64,000 nt of DNA. Source: Patellaria atrata CBS 101060 (Eukaryota). Made by a program: the position numbers and the translations under genes. The notes below the pieces were generated by a model. It ran no database searches and was not told the DNA's origin. It saw nothing but the letters and a program-made list of their open reading frames with translations. The DNA lies in the NCBI GenBank assembly GCA_010093705.1, contig MU006091.1, forward strand, positions 1,116,001-1,180,000, given 5' to 3'. Positions within the stretch are counted from its first letter, which is position 1. Each line of letters begins with the position of its first letter. This document shows positions 37,058 to 50,487 of the stretch, in pieces.

Positions 37058-38324
37058 GATCCTGGATGGGTAGGCGTACTTGAGAGCCCTCTTGGATTTG
37101 ATTAAGCAAATTGTTGGGGACGGGAAAGGTCAAAATACACGCAGTATATGTAAAGAGTAAATCAAAAATTCTAACTGATGACTCTAATGATATTGATTTA
37201 CGAGCATGTGAGATGAGAAGAAGTCCTAACTGACCCCAAGTGTTATTCCAGAACACGCCTGGGGTAAAGGAGATCTTAGAGCTTGCCGGCAATAAAGAAT
37301 GGGAGAAGGGAGAATTGATGTAATAGATTCTCATACGAAATAGCTTTGATAACGTTGGCAATCAAGGATATTGATATGACAATAGGGAACTGAAATCCGA
37401 TTCTATTCACACACTAGCCTAGCCTCTAGACCATCCGTGTTGCTAGTTCTGCTAGGCCACTCGGGGAATAACGTGTTTGTACGCGCAAACACGTGCTTAT
37501 CAAGGGGCTAAGGACACAAGGAGGGTGGAATCTAGCAAGCTTCTGATGATCTGAAACACTGAAAGGCCAGACACTCAGGGCTCAGGAACTGGTATAGAAG
37601 CCGAGAGGGAGCTAATGAGACTGCAGTAACTAGTAACCCGGACATCGGGTTTGTATCTACGGATACGATAATGCCGAACCTGATGTGATTAAAATAATTA
37701 CAAATATCTTCATTCCGCGCTTGGTAGCACGGGTGCGGATGAGGAGATGAAGCCAAGGTGACGAGTTGTGATGAATGAGTCTATAGTATCTCGGTATGCT
37801 CAAATGGAAAGCCATACGTTAAAAGGAAAAAAAAGATCTGATTTTTATACTTATTCAAGATGGAGGTGTATACAGTACTCCATGGATTCAGAAATGGAAT
37901 GATTCCGCCGCAAACGGGCAACCGGGAAAAGCGAAGGCTGCGTTCGAATCATGCAGCTCTAATAAGGGTTTTCGCTACTTGTAGTTCTTTAATATCAAAC
38001 GAAGAGCGAACAAGAGAAGCAGCGGGCCGGGTTTCTATCTCAACTCCAAGATAGCTCTATATATTCGCCAAGAAGCTATTCTGCTAGGCTTTTACAACGA
38101 AAGGGGATAAACGGAGACAACAAGAAGGTGTCCAGGAAAAGCTACCGCTCTTTTTTATTAGTTTTTCAAACTCTTCTAATCTCAATTGCATATTTGGATT
38201 CGCATTGTCCCTCCTAATTACGCTTTTGTCTATTATTTATCTATTATCTTTATATTTCATGTCCATCTAGACGCTTCATTACCTTTTCGACAAGGAATCC
38301 TGAAACCTTTCATTCCTGTCCGAC

Positions 38325-41300
38325 ATGGCAATGCACGACAAGGGTGGGATTAACCATCCCGCCAACCATACTCACATCCACGAAGATCCCAACGGATTTG
38401 AAAGAGTAAAAACCTCAACTAGCGATGATGACATCGAGGAACAATATCAATTGCATACGAACTACGAAGCCATCCATAGCGGTGTCAATGTCCGTCGCGC
38501 CGAGTCCGATTTTGCGGAACTTAGCAAGGAGTTCTCAAGGACAAGTCAAATCTCTCGTCGTCTTTCAATAGTAGAGAGTCGCCGCAGTCATGCTAATTCC
38601 CACCGTGGAGACCCTGAAAAGGGAATTGACTCGGAGGAAACCACGCAGGAGCCATTCGATCTCGAAAAGGTCCTCAGAGGTTCGAAATCAGAAGAAGAAG
38701 AGGCAGGTATCAAATCGAAAAAGATATGTAAGTATTATATCTCCTTTTCGCTATGATTCTGCGTCCTCCACTATTGTATACCTATTCTTGATATGATTGT
38801 GTTCTCCTTTCCTTCAGTCATAGCACCCGTCCGCCGCTATAAACTTCCTGTATCATATCGGAGCACTATCAACCCGAATTGCGCTATAAGATCATTTGTA
38901 TATCAAAGTTGGAATCTTCTGTGATCTCATCGTACAGTCAATGAGGAGTTGCTAAGACTAGGGAAAGCAATTGAGTTTTAAGTCCTTTTTGACGTCCTTT
39001 TATTTAAAATTCTAAAAATCTGTACATCAAAGTTGAAAGGCCACATCCCCTAAATTTGAAGTGTTCCTATAGCTGCAAAAAGTTAATACCCTATGCTGAG
39101 AAAGAATAGATGTTATCTGGGATAATCTTACGGTGAGCGGTCTGGGCGGTGTGAAGAATTTCGTCAAGGTAACCCATTCTCCCTCGAGTAAGGAATATCA
39201 AGCTAATAGGTTCAAGACTTTTCCTTGGTCTTTTGTTTCTTTCCTCAATGTGTACGAAACAGCTAAGAACGTTTTGGGGGTTGGGAAAAAGGGTAAGGAA
39301 GTTAACATACTGCGAAACTTTCGCGGCGTAGCCAAACCTGGTGAAATGATATTAGTTCTCGGTCGCCCCGGATCCGGTTGCACAACCTTTTTGAAAGTCA
39401 TAAGTAATCAAAGGTTTGGCTACACCAATATCAGCGGAGAAGTTTTTTACGGAGCCTTCGATAGCGACACATTCCAAAAGCGATACCGTGGAGAAGCTGT
39501 TTATAACGAAGAAGAAGATATCCATCACCCTACTTTAACAGTCGGCCAGACCTTTGACTTTGCACTAGAGACGAAAGTTCCTGGTAAAAGGGTAGCAGGA
39601 CTCTCTAGGAAGGCCTTCAAAGAACGGGTTATTGAGTTGATGCTCAAGATGTTCAACATAAAACACACCAGAAATACTATCGTCGGGAATCCGTTCGTAC
39701 GAGGAATATCTGGTGGAGAACGTAAAAGAGTCTCCATTGCAGAAATGATGATTACTGGAGCCTCTGTTTGTAGTTGGGATAATAGCACCAGGGGTTTGGA
39801 CGCCTCGACCGCACTGGATTATGTGAAATCGCTACGCATCCTTACGAATATCTATCAGATGACGACGTTTGTATCACTTTATCAAGCTTCCGAATCGATA
39901 TATAAGCAATTCGACAAAGTCATGGTAATAGACCAGGGCCGACAGGTCTTCTTTGGACCAGCTTCTGAAGCTCGTGCTTACTTCGAGGGTCTCGGTTTTC
40001 TAGAGAAGCCTAGACAAACCACACCAGATTATTTGACCGGTTGTACAGATCCATTCGAACGTGAATACAAGCTTGGTCGTAACGCAGAGAATGCACCAAA
40101 CACTCCGGATGAACTGGTGCGGGCCTTTAACGATTCAGTATACTCAACGCAGCTGTCCGAGGAGATCTATAGTTGTCAGAGATTGATTGATGCCGAAAAG
40201 CATGTCATCGAGGACTTCCAAAAAGCTGTACACGATAGCAAACGGCATGCCTCGAAGAAATCGGTCTACTCTATCCCCTTTTACCTTCAGATATGGGCCT
40301 TGATGAAGCGGCAATTCCTTCTTAAATGGCAAAACAAATTCGACCTAACTGTATCCTGGATCACTTCTATTGTCATCGCTATTATCATCGGTACTGTCTG
40401 GCTTAATCAACCGAGAACTAGTGCTGGCGCTTTCACACGAGGTGGTGTACTGTTCATTTCACTGTTGTTCAATGCGTTTCAGGCCTTTTCGGAACTTGCT
40501 GGAACTATGATAGGAAGGCCAATAGTCAACAAACATCGAGCGTATACGTTCCACCGTCCGTCCGCGCTATGGATAGCACAAATCATCGTCGACCTCGCGT
40601 TTTCCGCGGTGCAGATACTCGTTTTCAGCATCATGGTGTATTTTATGTGTGGCCTTGTTCGTGATGCAGGCGCATTCTTCACCTTCTTCTTGGTTATCGT
40701 CTCCGGATATCTAGCTTTAACCTTATTCTTTCGCACTGTGGCATGTTTATGTCCAGATTTCGATGTGGCCATTCGGTAAGCAGCCTTACTCCATCAACAA
40801 ATAATGGGACCCTTTACTGACACTTGTAGATTGGCCGCCACGATTATCACACTTTTTGTCTTGACCTCCGGCTACCTGATTCAATGGCAATCGGAGCAAG
40901 TGTGGCTTCGATGGATCTTTTATGTCAATGCATTAGGCCTAGGTTTTAGTGCATTGATGGTAAACGAGTTCAGCAGATTAGATATGACTTGTACCGCTGA
41001 ATCTCTCATTCCGTCTGGCATCGGATACGATAATATCAATAATCAGGTATGCACTTTAGCTGGCAGCACTCCTGGAACCACCCTGGTTTCTGGATCCGAC
41101 TATTTGGAGGTGGGTTTCAGCTATAGTACCTCTGATCTCTGGCGTAATTTTGGTATCATCGTCGTGCTGATTGTAGCGTTTCTAATCACTGTAAGCTCCA
41201 TTTACCAAGTGAATATATGCAAGTGCTAACACGGCTAGAACTCTCTCCTGGGTGAATACATAACGTGGGGAGCCGGTGGCAGAACCATAACAGTTTTCCG

Positions 41301-43373
41301 GAAGGAGGATGACGAGTTGAAGCAGCTGAACGAAAAATTAAGAGAGAAGCGAGACAAGCGAAATCGGAAGGTAGTGAACAACGATGACGAGGGACTCAAC
41401 ATTGCTTCAAAGGCAGTACTCACATGGGAAGATATATGTTACGATGTCCCGGTGCCGTCTGGCCAGTTACGGCTACTTAATAATGTGTACGGCTACGTTA
41501 AGCCGGGTCATCTAACTGCACTGATGGGAGCCTCTGGAGCCGGAAAAACCACGTTGCTCGATGTTCTTGCAAATCGTAAAAATATTGGTGTTATCAGCGG
41601 TGAAAAGCTTGTGGATGGAAAGACTCCAGGAATTGCATTTCAGAGAGGTACCTCATACGCGGAACAACTCGATGTTCATGAACCAGCCCAAACAGTTCGC
41701 GAGGCTCTGAGGTTTTCGGCAACTCTTCGTCAACCCTACGATGTTCCCTTAGAAGAGAAATACGCATACGTGGAGGAAGTCATCTCCCTTCTGGAGATGG
41801 AGGATATTGCGGATGCTATAATTGGCGAGCCGGAAAGCGGCCTTGCTGTTGAGCAACGCAAACGTGTAACAATTGGCGTTGAGCTAGCAGCAAAACCCGA
41901 ATTACTACTTTTCCTGGACGAACCCACGAGTGGGTTAGATAGTCAGAGTGCCTTCAACATTGTACGCTTCCTCCGAAAGCTAGCAGCTGCCGGTCAAGCC
42001 ATTCTTTGCACCATTCATCAGCCGAATTCTGCCTTATTTGAAAATTTTGATCGGCTACTACTACTACAAAGGGGTGGTCAATGTGTCTACTTTGGAGATA
42101 TAGGCAAAGACGCACATGTGCTAATCGATTACTTCCATAGATATGGTGCCGATTGCCCGCCGGATGTGAATCCAGCTGAATGGATGCTGGATGCCATAGG
42201 TGCTGGGCAGACGCCTCGCATTGGTAACAAGGATTGGGGTGATGTATGGAATGACTCAGAAGAATTCGATCTTGTCAAAAAAGAAATCGTAAATCTAAAA
42301 CAGGAGAGAATTGCCGCAGTCGGTGCTCTTCTCCCAGTAGAACAAAAGGAATATGCTACGCCTCTTTGGCACCAGATCAAAGTCGTAAACAAGAGGCAAC
42401 AACTATCATTCTGGCGTACCCCTAACTATGGATTTACGAGGTTCTTCAATCACTTTATTGTCGCATTTGGTACTGGCCTTGCTTACCTTCAATTAGATGA
42501 TTCAAGGTCTTCACTTCAGTACAGAATCTTCATCATCTTCCAGGTTACGGTCCTGCCAGCCTTGATTCTCGCTCAAGTCGAACCGAAGTATGCGATTGCT
42601 CGAATGATAAGTTATCGCGAGCAAACTGCGAAAGCGTACAAGACATTCCCATTTGCCCTTTCCATGGTATTAGCGGAGTTGCCTTACAGTATTCTCTGCG
42701 CTGTTGGGTTTTTCCTCCCCATATACTACATTCCCGGCTTCAGAAGTGAATCGAGCCGTGCTGGCTATCAATTTTTCATGGTATTGATTACTGAGCTTTT
42801 TTCAGTCACGCTAGGTCAAATGATTGCTGCGATAACCCCCAGTCCTTTCATCAGTGCTTTGGTTAACCCGTTCATTATCATTGTCTTCGCTCTTTTCTGT
42901 GGTGTTGCGATTCCTAAACTACAAATCCCCAAATTCTGGCGTGCTTGGCTATACGAGCTCGATCCGTTCACTCGTCTTATTGGCGGTATGGTCGTCACTG
43001 AGTTGCATGGGCGCTCCGTAGAGTGTACATCGTCGGAGCTTAACCGGTTTAACGCTCCGTCCGGCCAAAGTTGCGGATCTTATATGTCTAATTTCTTCGA
43101 ACGAGGTGGGCATGGATATATCGTTGATAACGCAACTAGCGCTTGCGAGTACTGTGCGTTTTCCGTTGGAGATCAGTTCTACTCCATGTTTGGCTACGAA
43201 TTTTCCAACCGATGGAGAGATCTTGGTGTATTTGCTGCATTTATTGGATCGAATCTGATCATTCTCTTCATTGCCGTAAGTACACTCACAAAATCTTGGA
43301 CTGAAACTCTCGGTTGCATTGTTTTACTAACGACATGACACAGGCACGCTATTTGAACTTCAACAAAAGATGA
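38325..43373 (+). CDS. Full-length PDR-type ABCG transporter (NBD-TMD)2, Snq2/AtrB-like
   Basis: NBD1 GRPGSGCTT, ISGGERKRVSIAE, CSWDNSTRGLD; NBD2 GASGAGKTTLLD, LAVEQRKRVTIGVEL, LDEPTSGLD; PDR loop LWRNFGI; introns about 38728-39109, 39169-39216, 40776-40829, 41191-41238, 43276-43343; TGA 43371-43373. Confidence 0.95.
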
Positions 43374-43916
43374 TCTTCGGGTGCGTTTCCGCGCAGAGCT
43401 TTTGTACTAGGAGATCTAAAAGTAATTTTTGATCAAAATAAACAAAATAAATCTGTTACTGCCAAACCCAGTCTCGTTATCTCCCATGTTCGTGTTCAGT
43501 ATTGCTCAATAGTCGCTCTTAGCTGAATTCTGTTTCACACTAACAATCACAAGTCATAAGTGGGCCATCGGTGAGTAAAAGGAACCCGTTTGCTAGCTAA
43601 TTGGTGATAGCACAAAGAAATGGTGTATCCGCTGATCACCCTCGGTTGCCAGTAATAATAAGTGTAGCATCACCCTTCAGAAACTCCACGTGAGTCAGTA
43701 CACGTTAGGAAAATCTGCGCTGAACCTGTCATCCTCGCTGATCCAAGTGTCTGCGTTGAATTCTCGAATTACTCATTCTTTCATTTATAAACTGCTCTCA
43801 TTATACTAGAGGTAGATGCATCATCACGAAGATATCCATATGCTCACCGCTACTACAAGGCGCTTGATAAAAGTTGAAACACCTTTTCCACGGAAAATTT
43901 TACACTTAGAACAAGA

Positions 43917-44981
43917 ATGTCCTATTCATCGATAATGAAAACTATTCTCAAATCTTTTGCTTCCATAGCCCCAAATACTCCGCAAACAACCCCTACGACG
44001 GTTTTAAATACAGCGTACGAACGCTTCCCAACTTTATCCACGATGGCCTTAGTAACTCGCACCAAACCTACAGAAAGACCTGCTCCGGTTCCAACGGTAG
44101 TACCTCAGGGCCTCATTCTTCGTAAGCAAGTTCCAGTATTTGAGTCTACCCAGGCTTCTCCCTCGACTATCCAAAGCGAGACTGCTGCTCTTAGCTTTAC
44201 CAACAGATCGCCAAACCTATCACATATATTGGCAATACTCTTGATCATGATAGTGGTTACGATGGTCTTCGTATCTGTATTCTCTGTTCTGCTATACATG
44301 TCTGGATATGATCTACGAATGATACGTGATGCGATAGAAAAACAAAGGGCTCGTCGACGATTCCACCTTAAAACACCTAAACCTTCATCTCCTCCTAAGT
44401 CGCATGCCACCTACTCAAAAATCTCCGGATACGACACAAGTTATTCAACCGCTCTCAGAATCCCGCACTCCGCACTTCCAGTCAGAACGGAAGTGACGGT
44501 GACCTCGACCCGTCGCCGGCATCCTGCAATCCCCTACCCCTTTCCAAAATCAGGAGACACCAACATTTCACTTCTATCTAGCATACCACAATCACCGGCC
44601 TCTATGTCAATACTAGATACTCCAAGTTACATAGCACAGCTGAATAGATTCAATAACCGCGAAGAGGAGATCGACGCTGAAGCACACACACCGCTCCGTA
44701 CGCCCTCAACACCAAGCGTTCTGAGCTTCGTACAGTCTCCCCGCCCCTCTATCTCCCAGGTATCACCCTTTACACCTATTCGAGATGGACACGATGTCAC
44801 TCCTACGGGCTCAATGCGTGGTGGAGACGGCAATGGATATGGCCGTCGTACCTCTATCGGCAATGGGATCCACGGGAATTTCAAAATGGGCGTACGGGGA
44901 ATGAATAGGTTAGTAAGATTCATGGTAGGTTCGGAGGTGGAGGAAGAAGATGGTGGTTTACCAGTAAGGGAGGACACGTGA
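43917..44981 (+). CDS. Hypothetical single-pass membrane protein, Ser/Thr/Pro-rich
   Basis: Uninterrupted 354-aa ORF with one hydrophobic segment (ILAILLIMIVVTMVFVSVFSVLLYM) followed by a basic patch; no family recognised. Confidence 0.6.
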   Translation: MSYSSIMKTILKSFASIAPNTPQTTPTTVLNTAYERFPTLSTMALVTRTKPTERPAPVPTVVPQGLILRKQVPVFESTQASPSTIQSETAALSFTNRSPNLSHILAILLIMIVVTMVFVSVFSVLLYMSGYDLRMIRDAIEKQRARRRFHLKTPKPSSPPKSHATYSKISGYDTSYSTALRIPHSALPVRTEVTVTSTRRRHPAIPYPFPKSGDTNISLLSSIPQSPASMSILDTPSYIAQLNRFNNREEEIDAEAHTPLRTPSTPSVLSFVQSPRPSISQVSPFTPIRDGHDVTPTGSMRGGDGNGYGRRTSIGNGIHGNFKMGVRGMNRLVRFMVGSEVEEEDGGLPVREDT

Positions 44982-45489
44982 GTTTAGTGGGAAGATGGTG
45001 GAATATAGGTTAGTGCGTGGAGAATTTGTGGGGATTTCTTTTCTCTGTGGTTTGTTTTGGTTAATTTCAAAGAGGTATGTAATGGACCGAAATGGCGGGA
45101 GATTAGAGTATATGATATGGGTGTGGGGGAGCGGAATTAAGATTATACTTCATTGAAAGGGATTCTTACTTTGTGGAGAGCAAAAGCTATAACCACTATA
45201 AAGCACACTACACTGACAGTGCCCGGGAATATATCCATCAAGTTAAGCGATTGACAAGTATCTGATTCAGTTATCAACCATGGTTGTAACAGCTTGACAT
45301 CTACCATAGATTTCAGTATCAATTTGACTATAGTCAAAATCGTAATTTTTCAACATTAAATATCCGTCATAAAATCTTCTTTCCTCTTGATACATCATAA
45401 CAAACCTCCCTCAACTCCCTAACCATCTATTACGAGTCTACCGTCTCACTTATACCAGACGAACCAACTTCGAATACCAAATCATCACA

Positions 45490-46583
45490 ATGCAATCCCT
45501 CTCCCTTACACTGCCAGACAGGCCGGAACGAGATGCCGTAATCCGGGTGTACCTCCGCTCGGGCAATGAAAGATAGCACGTCCAAAAAGAATCCGGCTTA
45601 AATGCCGTCTACCCGCTGAACATATTCATCGGGCAGTTCCCCCTGGACCGCATAGAATCTACGACTGCGCGAATAAATCCTTCGCAGTCTACGTCACCGG
45701 CCGAGCAGACTCGGACGGACTCTCCTACCTCTTCGACGTCATGTACTCCAAATGGTACCGGGGCGTCCGAACACCCATCGAATTGGGCAACCGCCTCTGC
45801 AAAACAGCCACCCTGAGCGACTTCATCTGCAGCGTAGGCCGTGAGAAGTCACCGAGCTAAGTCCTCACCATCCAAGAAGCGGTCTGCTCCCAAGCCGACG
45901 TCCGACTCCTCTTCCCGAGTCCCATAGACGACAAGGAGTTCGAAATAATGAAGCCTAAGTCCTACACCGACCAGCGCTGCTTCTACCGCCTGCGTCCCCT
46001 TTCCCGCGCCCTCGTCATGATCGTCGACGGCTGCTGCGGCTCCCCCGTGAACTACCGCGTGCGCCTCGTTAGGACGGGTAATACAGCCGGCCTGAGCGCC
46101 CCCATCTCTTTCAAAACTATCGAACACACGGCCATCGGATGCTACTTCCCCGACGGCGACACTATCGCCACGATGTTCGAGACGGCGCTCGAATTTGTCC
46201 TCAAGCGCGAGGCCCGCGAACTCCGCGCCGGGGCCTTTAACCCCTTTTTCAAGGAGCTTGATTCCTGCCCGCCGGACTCCAACGTCCTGACCCAGAGGAA
46301 CGGGTACCGGTCCGGCATGCTCGAGGGGCCGCCGTCGACGTGGGCGATCGACGGCCATCGGCACGTCAAGCGTGTGCTCTCGGGTTGGATCGAGGAGAGC
46401 GTTTGTGCTGAGTGGTGCGCGGGGCTGGTCTATTCGCCGCTGGATTGGTTGATGACGAAGGAATTTAGGAATAAGGTGCATATTGGCGCGATAGCAGTGC
46501 TCGATGATCGACGGGCAAGGAAGAGGGCTCGTGTGGAGTCTGGAGCTGGGGATGTGAAGGTTAAGACCAAACCGGTTGACTGA
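45490..46583 (+). pseudogene. Disrupted gene of unknown family (intact 211-aa 3' portion 45948-46583)
   Basis: High-GC3 coding-like sequence from ATG 45490 is interrupted by TAG 45574-45576, an apparent frameshift near 45655 and TAA 45858-45860, which is in frame with the 45948 ORF. Confidence 0.5.
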
Positions 46584-46984
46584 GCGCTTGGTATGTTGGT
46601 GGCGAGAATCATTGGATATACGGCCAAATGACTCTCTGTGGACTTTTATTTGCGTCATCATGAGATGCGGGGACGTTGGAGGAATAGCTGTGGTGGAATA
46701 CTGCTGATATCACTTGCGAGTAGTGCGGCTGCTCAGTTATGTTATCCTGTATATAGAAAGAGTACAGTAGTAAAGAGATTATTAGATTTAACAGGGGTTC
46801 CGAATTAGATGTCGAGAACTTCTGTCTTTAAATTTAGGTGATGAAGGTTAAGATAATAAATTTCTGGTTCTGCACCACAATCTATAGGAAACAACCATAT
46901 AATTCTTGTGATGATGGAGTAGGTCCACGTTCTAAGACCCGTTGCCTTTCGATAGCCATTACAGTACTTTGTAATTTCTTTTTG

Positions 46985-47148
46985 GGAGAATCTGGAAAAG
47001 AAAACTTATCGTGAGAAAATTTAATATGAGAAAAATCCAGTGGAGAAAACTCAATAAGAGACTAAACCATAAGAGAAGAGGCATGAGAGAAGAATCTGTG
47101 GGAGGAGAGTACGGGAAAGAAGAACCCGAGAGAGAAGAATCCGGATAA
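46985..47148 (+). repeat. Degenerate 15-bp periodic repeat, 11 units (consensus about GAAGAAWCNNNNAGA)
   Basis: Units begin at 46985, 47000, 47015, 47030, 47045, 47060, 47075, 47089, 47104, 47119 and 47134. Confidence 0.6.
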
Positions 47149-47461
47149 GGGTAAGGTTTCTTTCCCTGAGACCATATATTTTGAGAATGGTTGCTCCGTT
47201 TTGATGCCCTAGTTATACCACCTACTTCGTCTCAGAGCATATCTACGTGTTAGACAGGCAAAACGTGGTTTCATTTCGCCTCGTATGGATCTAGTGACTG
47301 GACTTTGACTCACTTCGTAGCTTAAGCTGGTGTAGATGTGTCCAAGTGCAAATGAGAGGGCATAGCGCTATCGTCCCCGTCGCCTACCAAGAACAAAGAA
47401 AACGTCACCAATGGACTGGTTATCGCCAAGGCTGAGTTTGCTATTGATGGATCTGGAATTT

Positions 47462-48695
47462 TCATTCCCCTTCATCTTTGATTGGTTGTTCTTCTTCCTC
47501 TGCATCAGTAGGGAAGCTGAGATGTTTCCAATCCTCGATCTAGGCCGGGATGAGCACAAGACCTGTTTCAACCTACGATAGGAATTACTCACTTCTTCTA
47601 TAGTAGATCTTAATCGATCTCTTATACTCTCCACAGCATACGTACCGAGTAAGAGTCTAAGTGGTGGAAATGAGCAATGGCCGAGTTGCCAGATCAGCTC
47701 CGCGCTCTTCACAACGCTCGTCGGTTGTCGGTCATTCAGCCACTGAACAATACGTTTAGCATGGCTTGCGGGTGCGTTATCCCCGGAATAGGGCTCGCTA
47801 TATGGTAGCATGAGAAAGTGGCCATAGCATTTTACCCTCATACCGTCCTTTACGCTTTCGGTGTCTATCGTATTAGGCTCGTCTCTACGCATGTGGCCTG
47901 GTTCGACGAGAGTTGCTTTGATGTTGTAAGCGTCAACTTCGTAAAGCATACTCTCTATGAGGCCTTCGACTGCATATTTCGTCGCACAATATGGTCCAAG
48001 GCCCGGAACTCCCAGTGCTCCTGATGTACTGCTGAATATTAGAAACCGACCCTGGTTCTGTGAGCGGAATATAGGAAGAGCTAGTTGGATTATATGTAGA
48101 ACGCCGAAGAAGTTAGTTTCGAACTGATTCCGTAATTCATATTCGTCCTGGTCTTCGCACGCGCCGATAACCCCTGAGTAATATCAGCATTGTCAGTTGA
48201 AGGGGGAGCTATTGATGCTATGATACTGGGTGAGAGTAGTACCGTAACCCGTGCAACTTTGAAACAAACATTAGCATTGATACAACTATGTAGTTCTCTA
48301 ACATACTTTGCAACGATATCAATCCTTCCAAACCGTTCCATTGTGCTATTGTAAACAGAGTCTACTGTGTCCCTCACCCTCACATCGCACAATAGCCCTA
48401 TGCTGTTTTCACTCTGCCAATGCTCCATATGTCCTTGACTGTTCTGGTGTCTCCATCCCACAGCTGCGACTCTATCGCCATGTTCTAAAGCTGCACGAAC
48501 GATCGATTGGCCCATATGACCTGTTGCACCAAATATCACCCATACTGCTTGCTTCGCTGGATTCGTCTCGCTGGGAGGATTACACGTCTTAGGAAGCTGG
48601 AGTTTCGGAGTATCATTTACAGTCTCTGGCGGTGACGCACTCAAAATCGGGATATCCTCCATCGAAAGAGATATTTGAGAGGACGATCTTCGCAT
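47462..48695 (-). CDS. Short-chain dehydrogenase/reductase (classical SDR)
   Basis: VIFGATGHMG Rossmann motif, FGRIDIVAN, GPYCATKYAVEG (YxxxK), TLVEPG; several introns; last exon IEDWKHLSFP...EGE*. Confidence 0.88.
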
Positions 48696-48883
48696 TTGTT
48701 TGCTTTAGGGTTGTATGCAAGAGCGTGAAGACGTAGCTTTAAAGGCGGAACGATTCCGATCTGCCTAGACTAGCAAGGTGGTGAGCCCTGCATCACCGTC
48801 ATCGCTCACAGAAACTAAATCCTCAAAAATTTACTCTGAATAGATGCAAAACGACAACTGAGCATGCTTTGGGGGCTCAAACT

Positions 48884-50487
48884 ATGAGTAAACCTCAGGG
48901 TAAGCCTCTTCATCTACTTGATCTCCACTCCCACTCATCAATTCTCTCCCAGCAACCCCACAGCAGCAACCCCAAGCTCATGGCTCTTCTTCGTACGCGA
49001 TCTCTTACCCATACTCACATACAATACACCACCACTAACCCTTCCCCCATAGACTCTCCTTCACCCAAGGCTTCCTCCTCGGCCAACTCTCCATCGCCCT
49101 CCTCATCTTCGCCTTCATAAAATTCTTCATCTTCGGCGACCCACCCCCAGCCGATGAGCGCGCCGCACGCCGTTCCGCCCTAAGGGGCTCACGTACTCTC
49201 TCCCTCTCCCTCTCTTCCCACTCTCGCAAACCCTCCTCGCAATCCCAACTCCAGCGCAAGCGCTCGCAAGTCCTGCGCAACCCAGCCCCGCTCACCACGC
49301 AAAGCATCCTCGCGAAGACGTACTACAACGTGCACGGCCACCAGCCCGAGAGCCTGGACTGGTTCAACGTGCTCGTAGCCCAGACGATCGCGCGCCTGAG
49401 AACCGACGCCCTGCTCGACAATGCCATCCTCACGTCCCTGACAAACGTGCTTAACGGCGGCGCAAAACCGCCGTGGGTTGGCGAGATCAAAGTCACGGAG
49501 ATCGCGCTAGGGGAGGAATTCCCCATCTTCAGCAACTGCCGCGTGATTCCGATCGAAGAGGGGGGACCGCTGAGCGGGGGAGTGCCGGCGAGCGGGATGA
49601 GCGAATCCACTCGACTGCAAGCGCAGATGGACGTAGATCTGAGCGACATGATCACACTGGGCGTGGAAACAAAACTAGTGCTCAACTATCCCAGCCCATT
49701 CGTCGCCGTATTACCAGTCGCGCTCGCCGTATCCGTAGTCAGATTCAGCGGAACCGTACGTACTCCCCTCAAACCCAAACCAGACAAGCCCCCAAACTAA
49801 CCCCTCCCCCAGCTCTCCCTCTCCTTCATCCCCTCCTCTCCCCCCGAACGTCCCCAATCCTCCCACAACAAAAATAGACCCCCCAAAGAACCCGCACCAC
49901 CCCCGCACCCCCCGACCGCCCTAACCTTCACCTTCCTCCCCGACTACCGCCTCGACCTCTCCGTCCGCTCCCTCCTCGGTTCCCGCGCCCGCCTCCAGGA
50001 CGTCCCCAAAATCGCCTCCCTCGTCGAGGACCGCCTGCACGCCTGGTTCGACGCCCGCTGCGTCGAGCCCCGCTTCCAGCAGATTGTCCTGCCGAGTCTC
50101 TGGCCGCGGAAGAAGAACACGCGCGGCGGCGAGGGGGAGGACGAAGACGCCGATGCCATCGGCGCGGGAGATGTCGTCGGCGCGGGGACTGGGGTTGGAG
50201 CAGACCAACCAGCACCCGGGAGAGAAACGGGAGCAGAACGACGAACAAAGTCAGAGAGCGACAGAAGAGAGAGAGAAAGAGAGAGGGAATCGGAAACGCC
50301 CCACCATGGCCCGGACAGCATGGAAGCGCGCATGATAGCCGAAGGCGCCAAGTTACGGGAAGCGGAGATCAGAGCCGGCGAGCGCCGGGACGTGGAGGTA
50401 AGGTGGCGCGGCTCCGGTCTCGGGCCGAGGCAGGGACAGGGGGAGTGGAGGCCCGGAAACATGCCTGGGTCGTTGCCCGATCATTAG
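48884..50487 (+). CDS. MMM1: ERMES subunit Mmm1 (SMP domain)
   Basis: Two micro-exons, then [70 protein letters not shown] 50485-50487. Confidence 0.95.

Noticed and set aside
35600..43373. Hydrolase plus ABC transporter as a secondary-metabolite or detoxification cluster
   Set aside because: No PKS, NRPS, terpene synthase, P450 or pathway transcription factor in the window.
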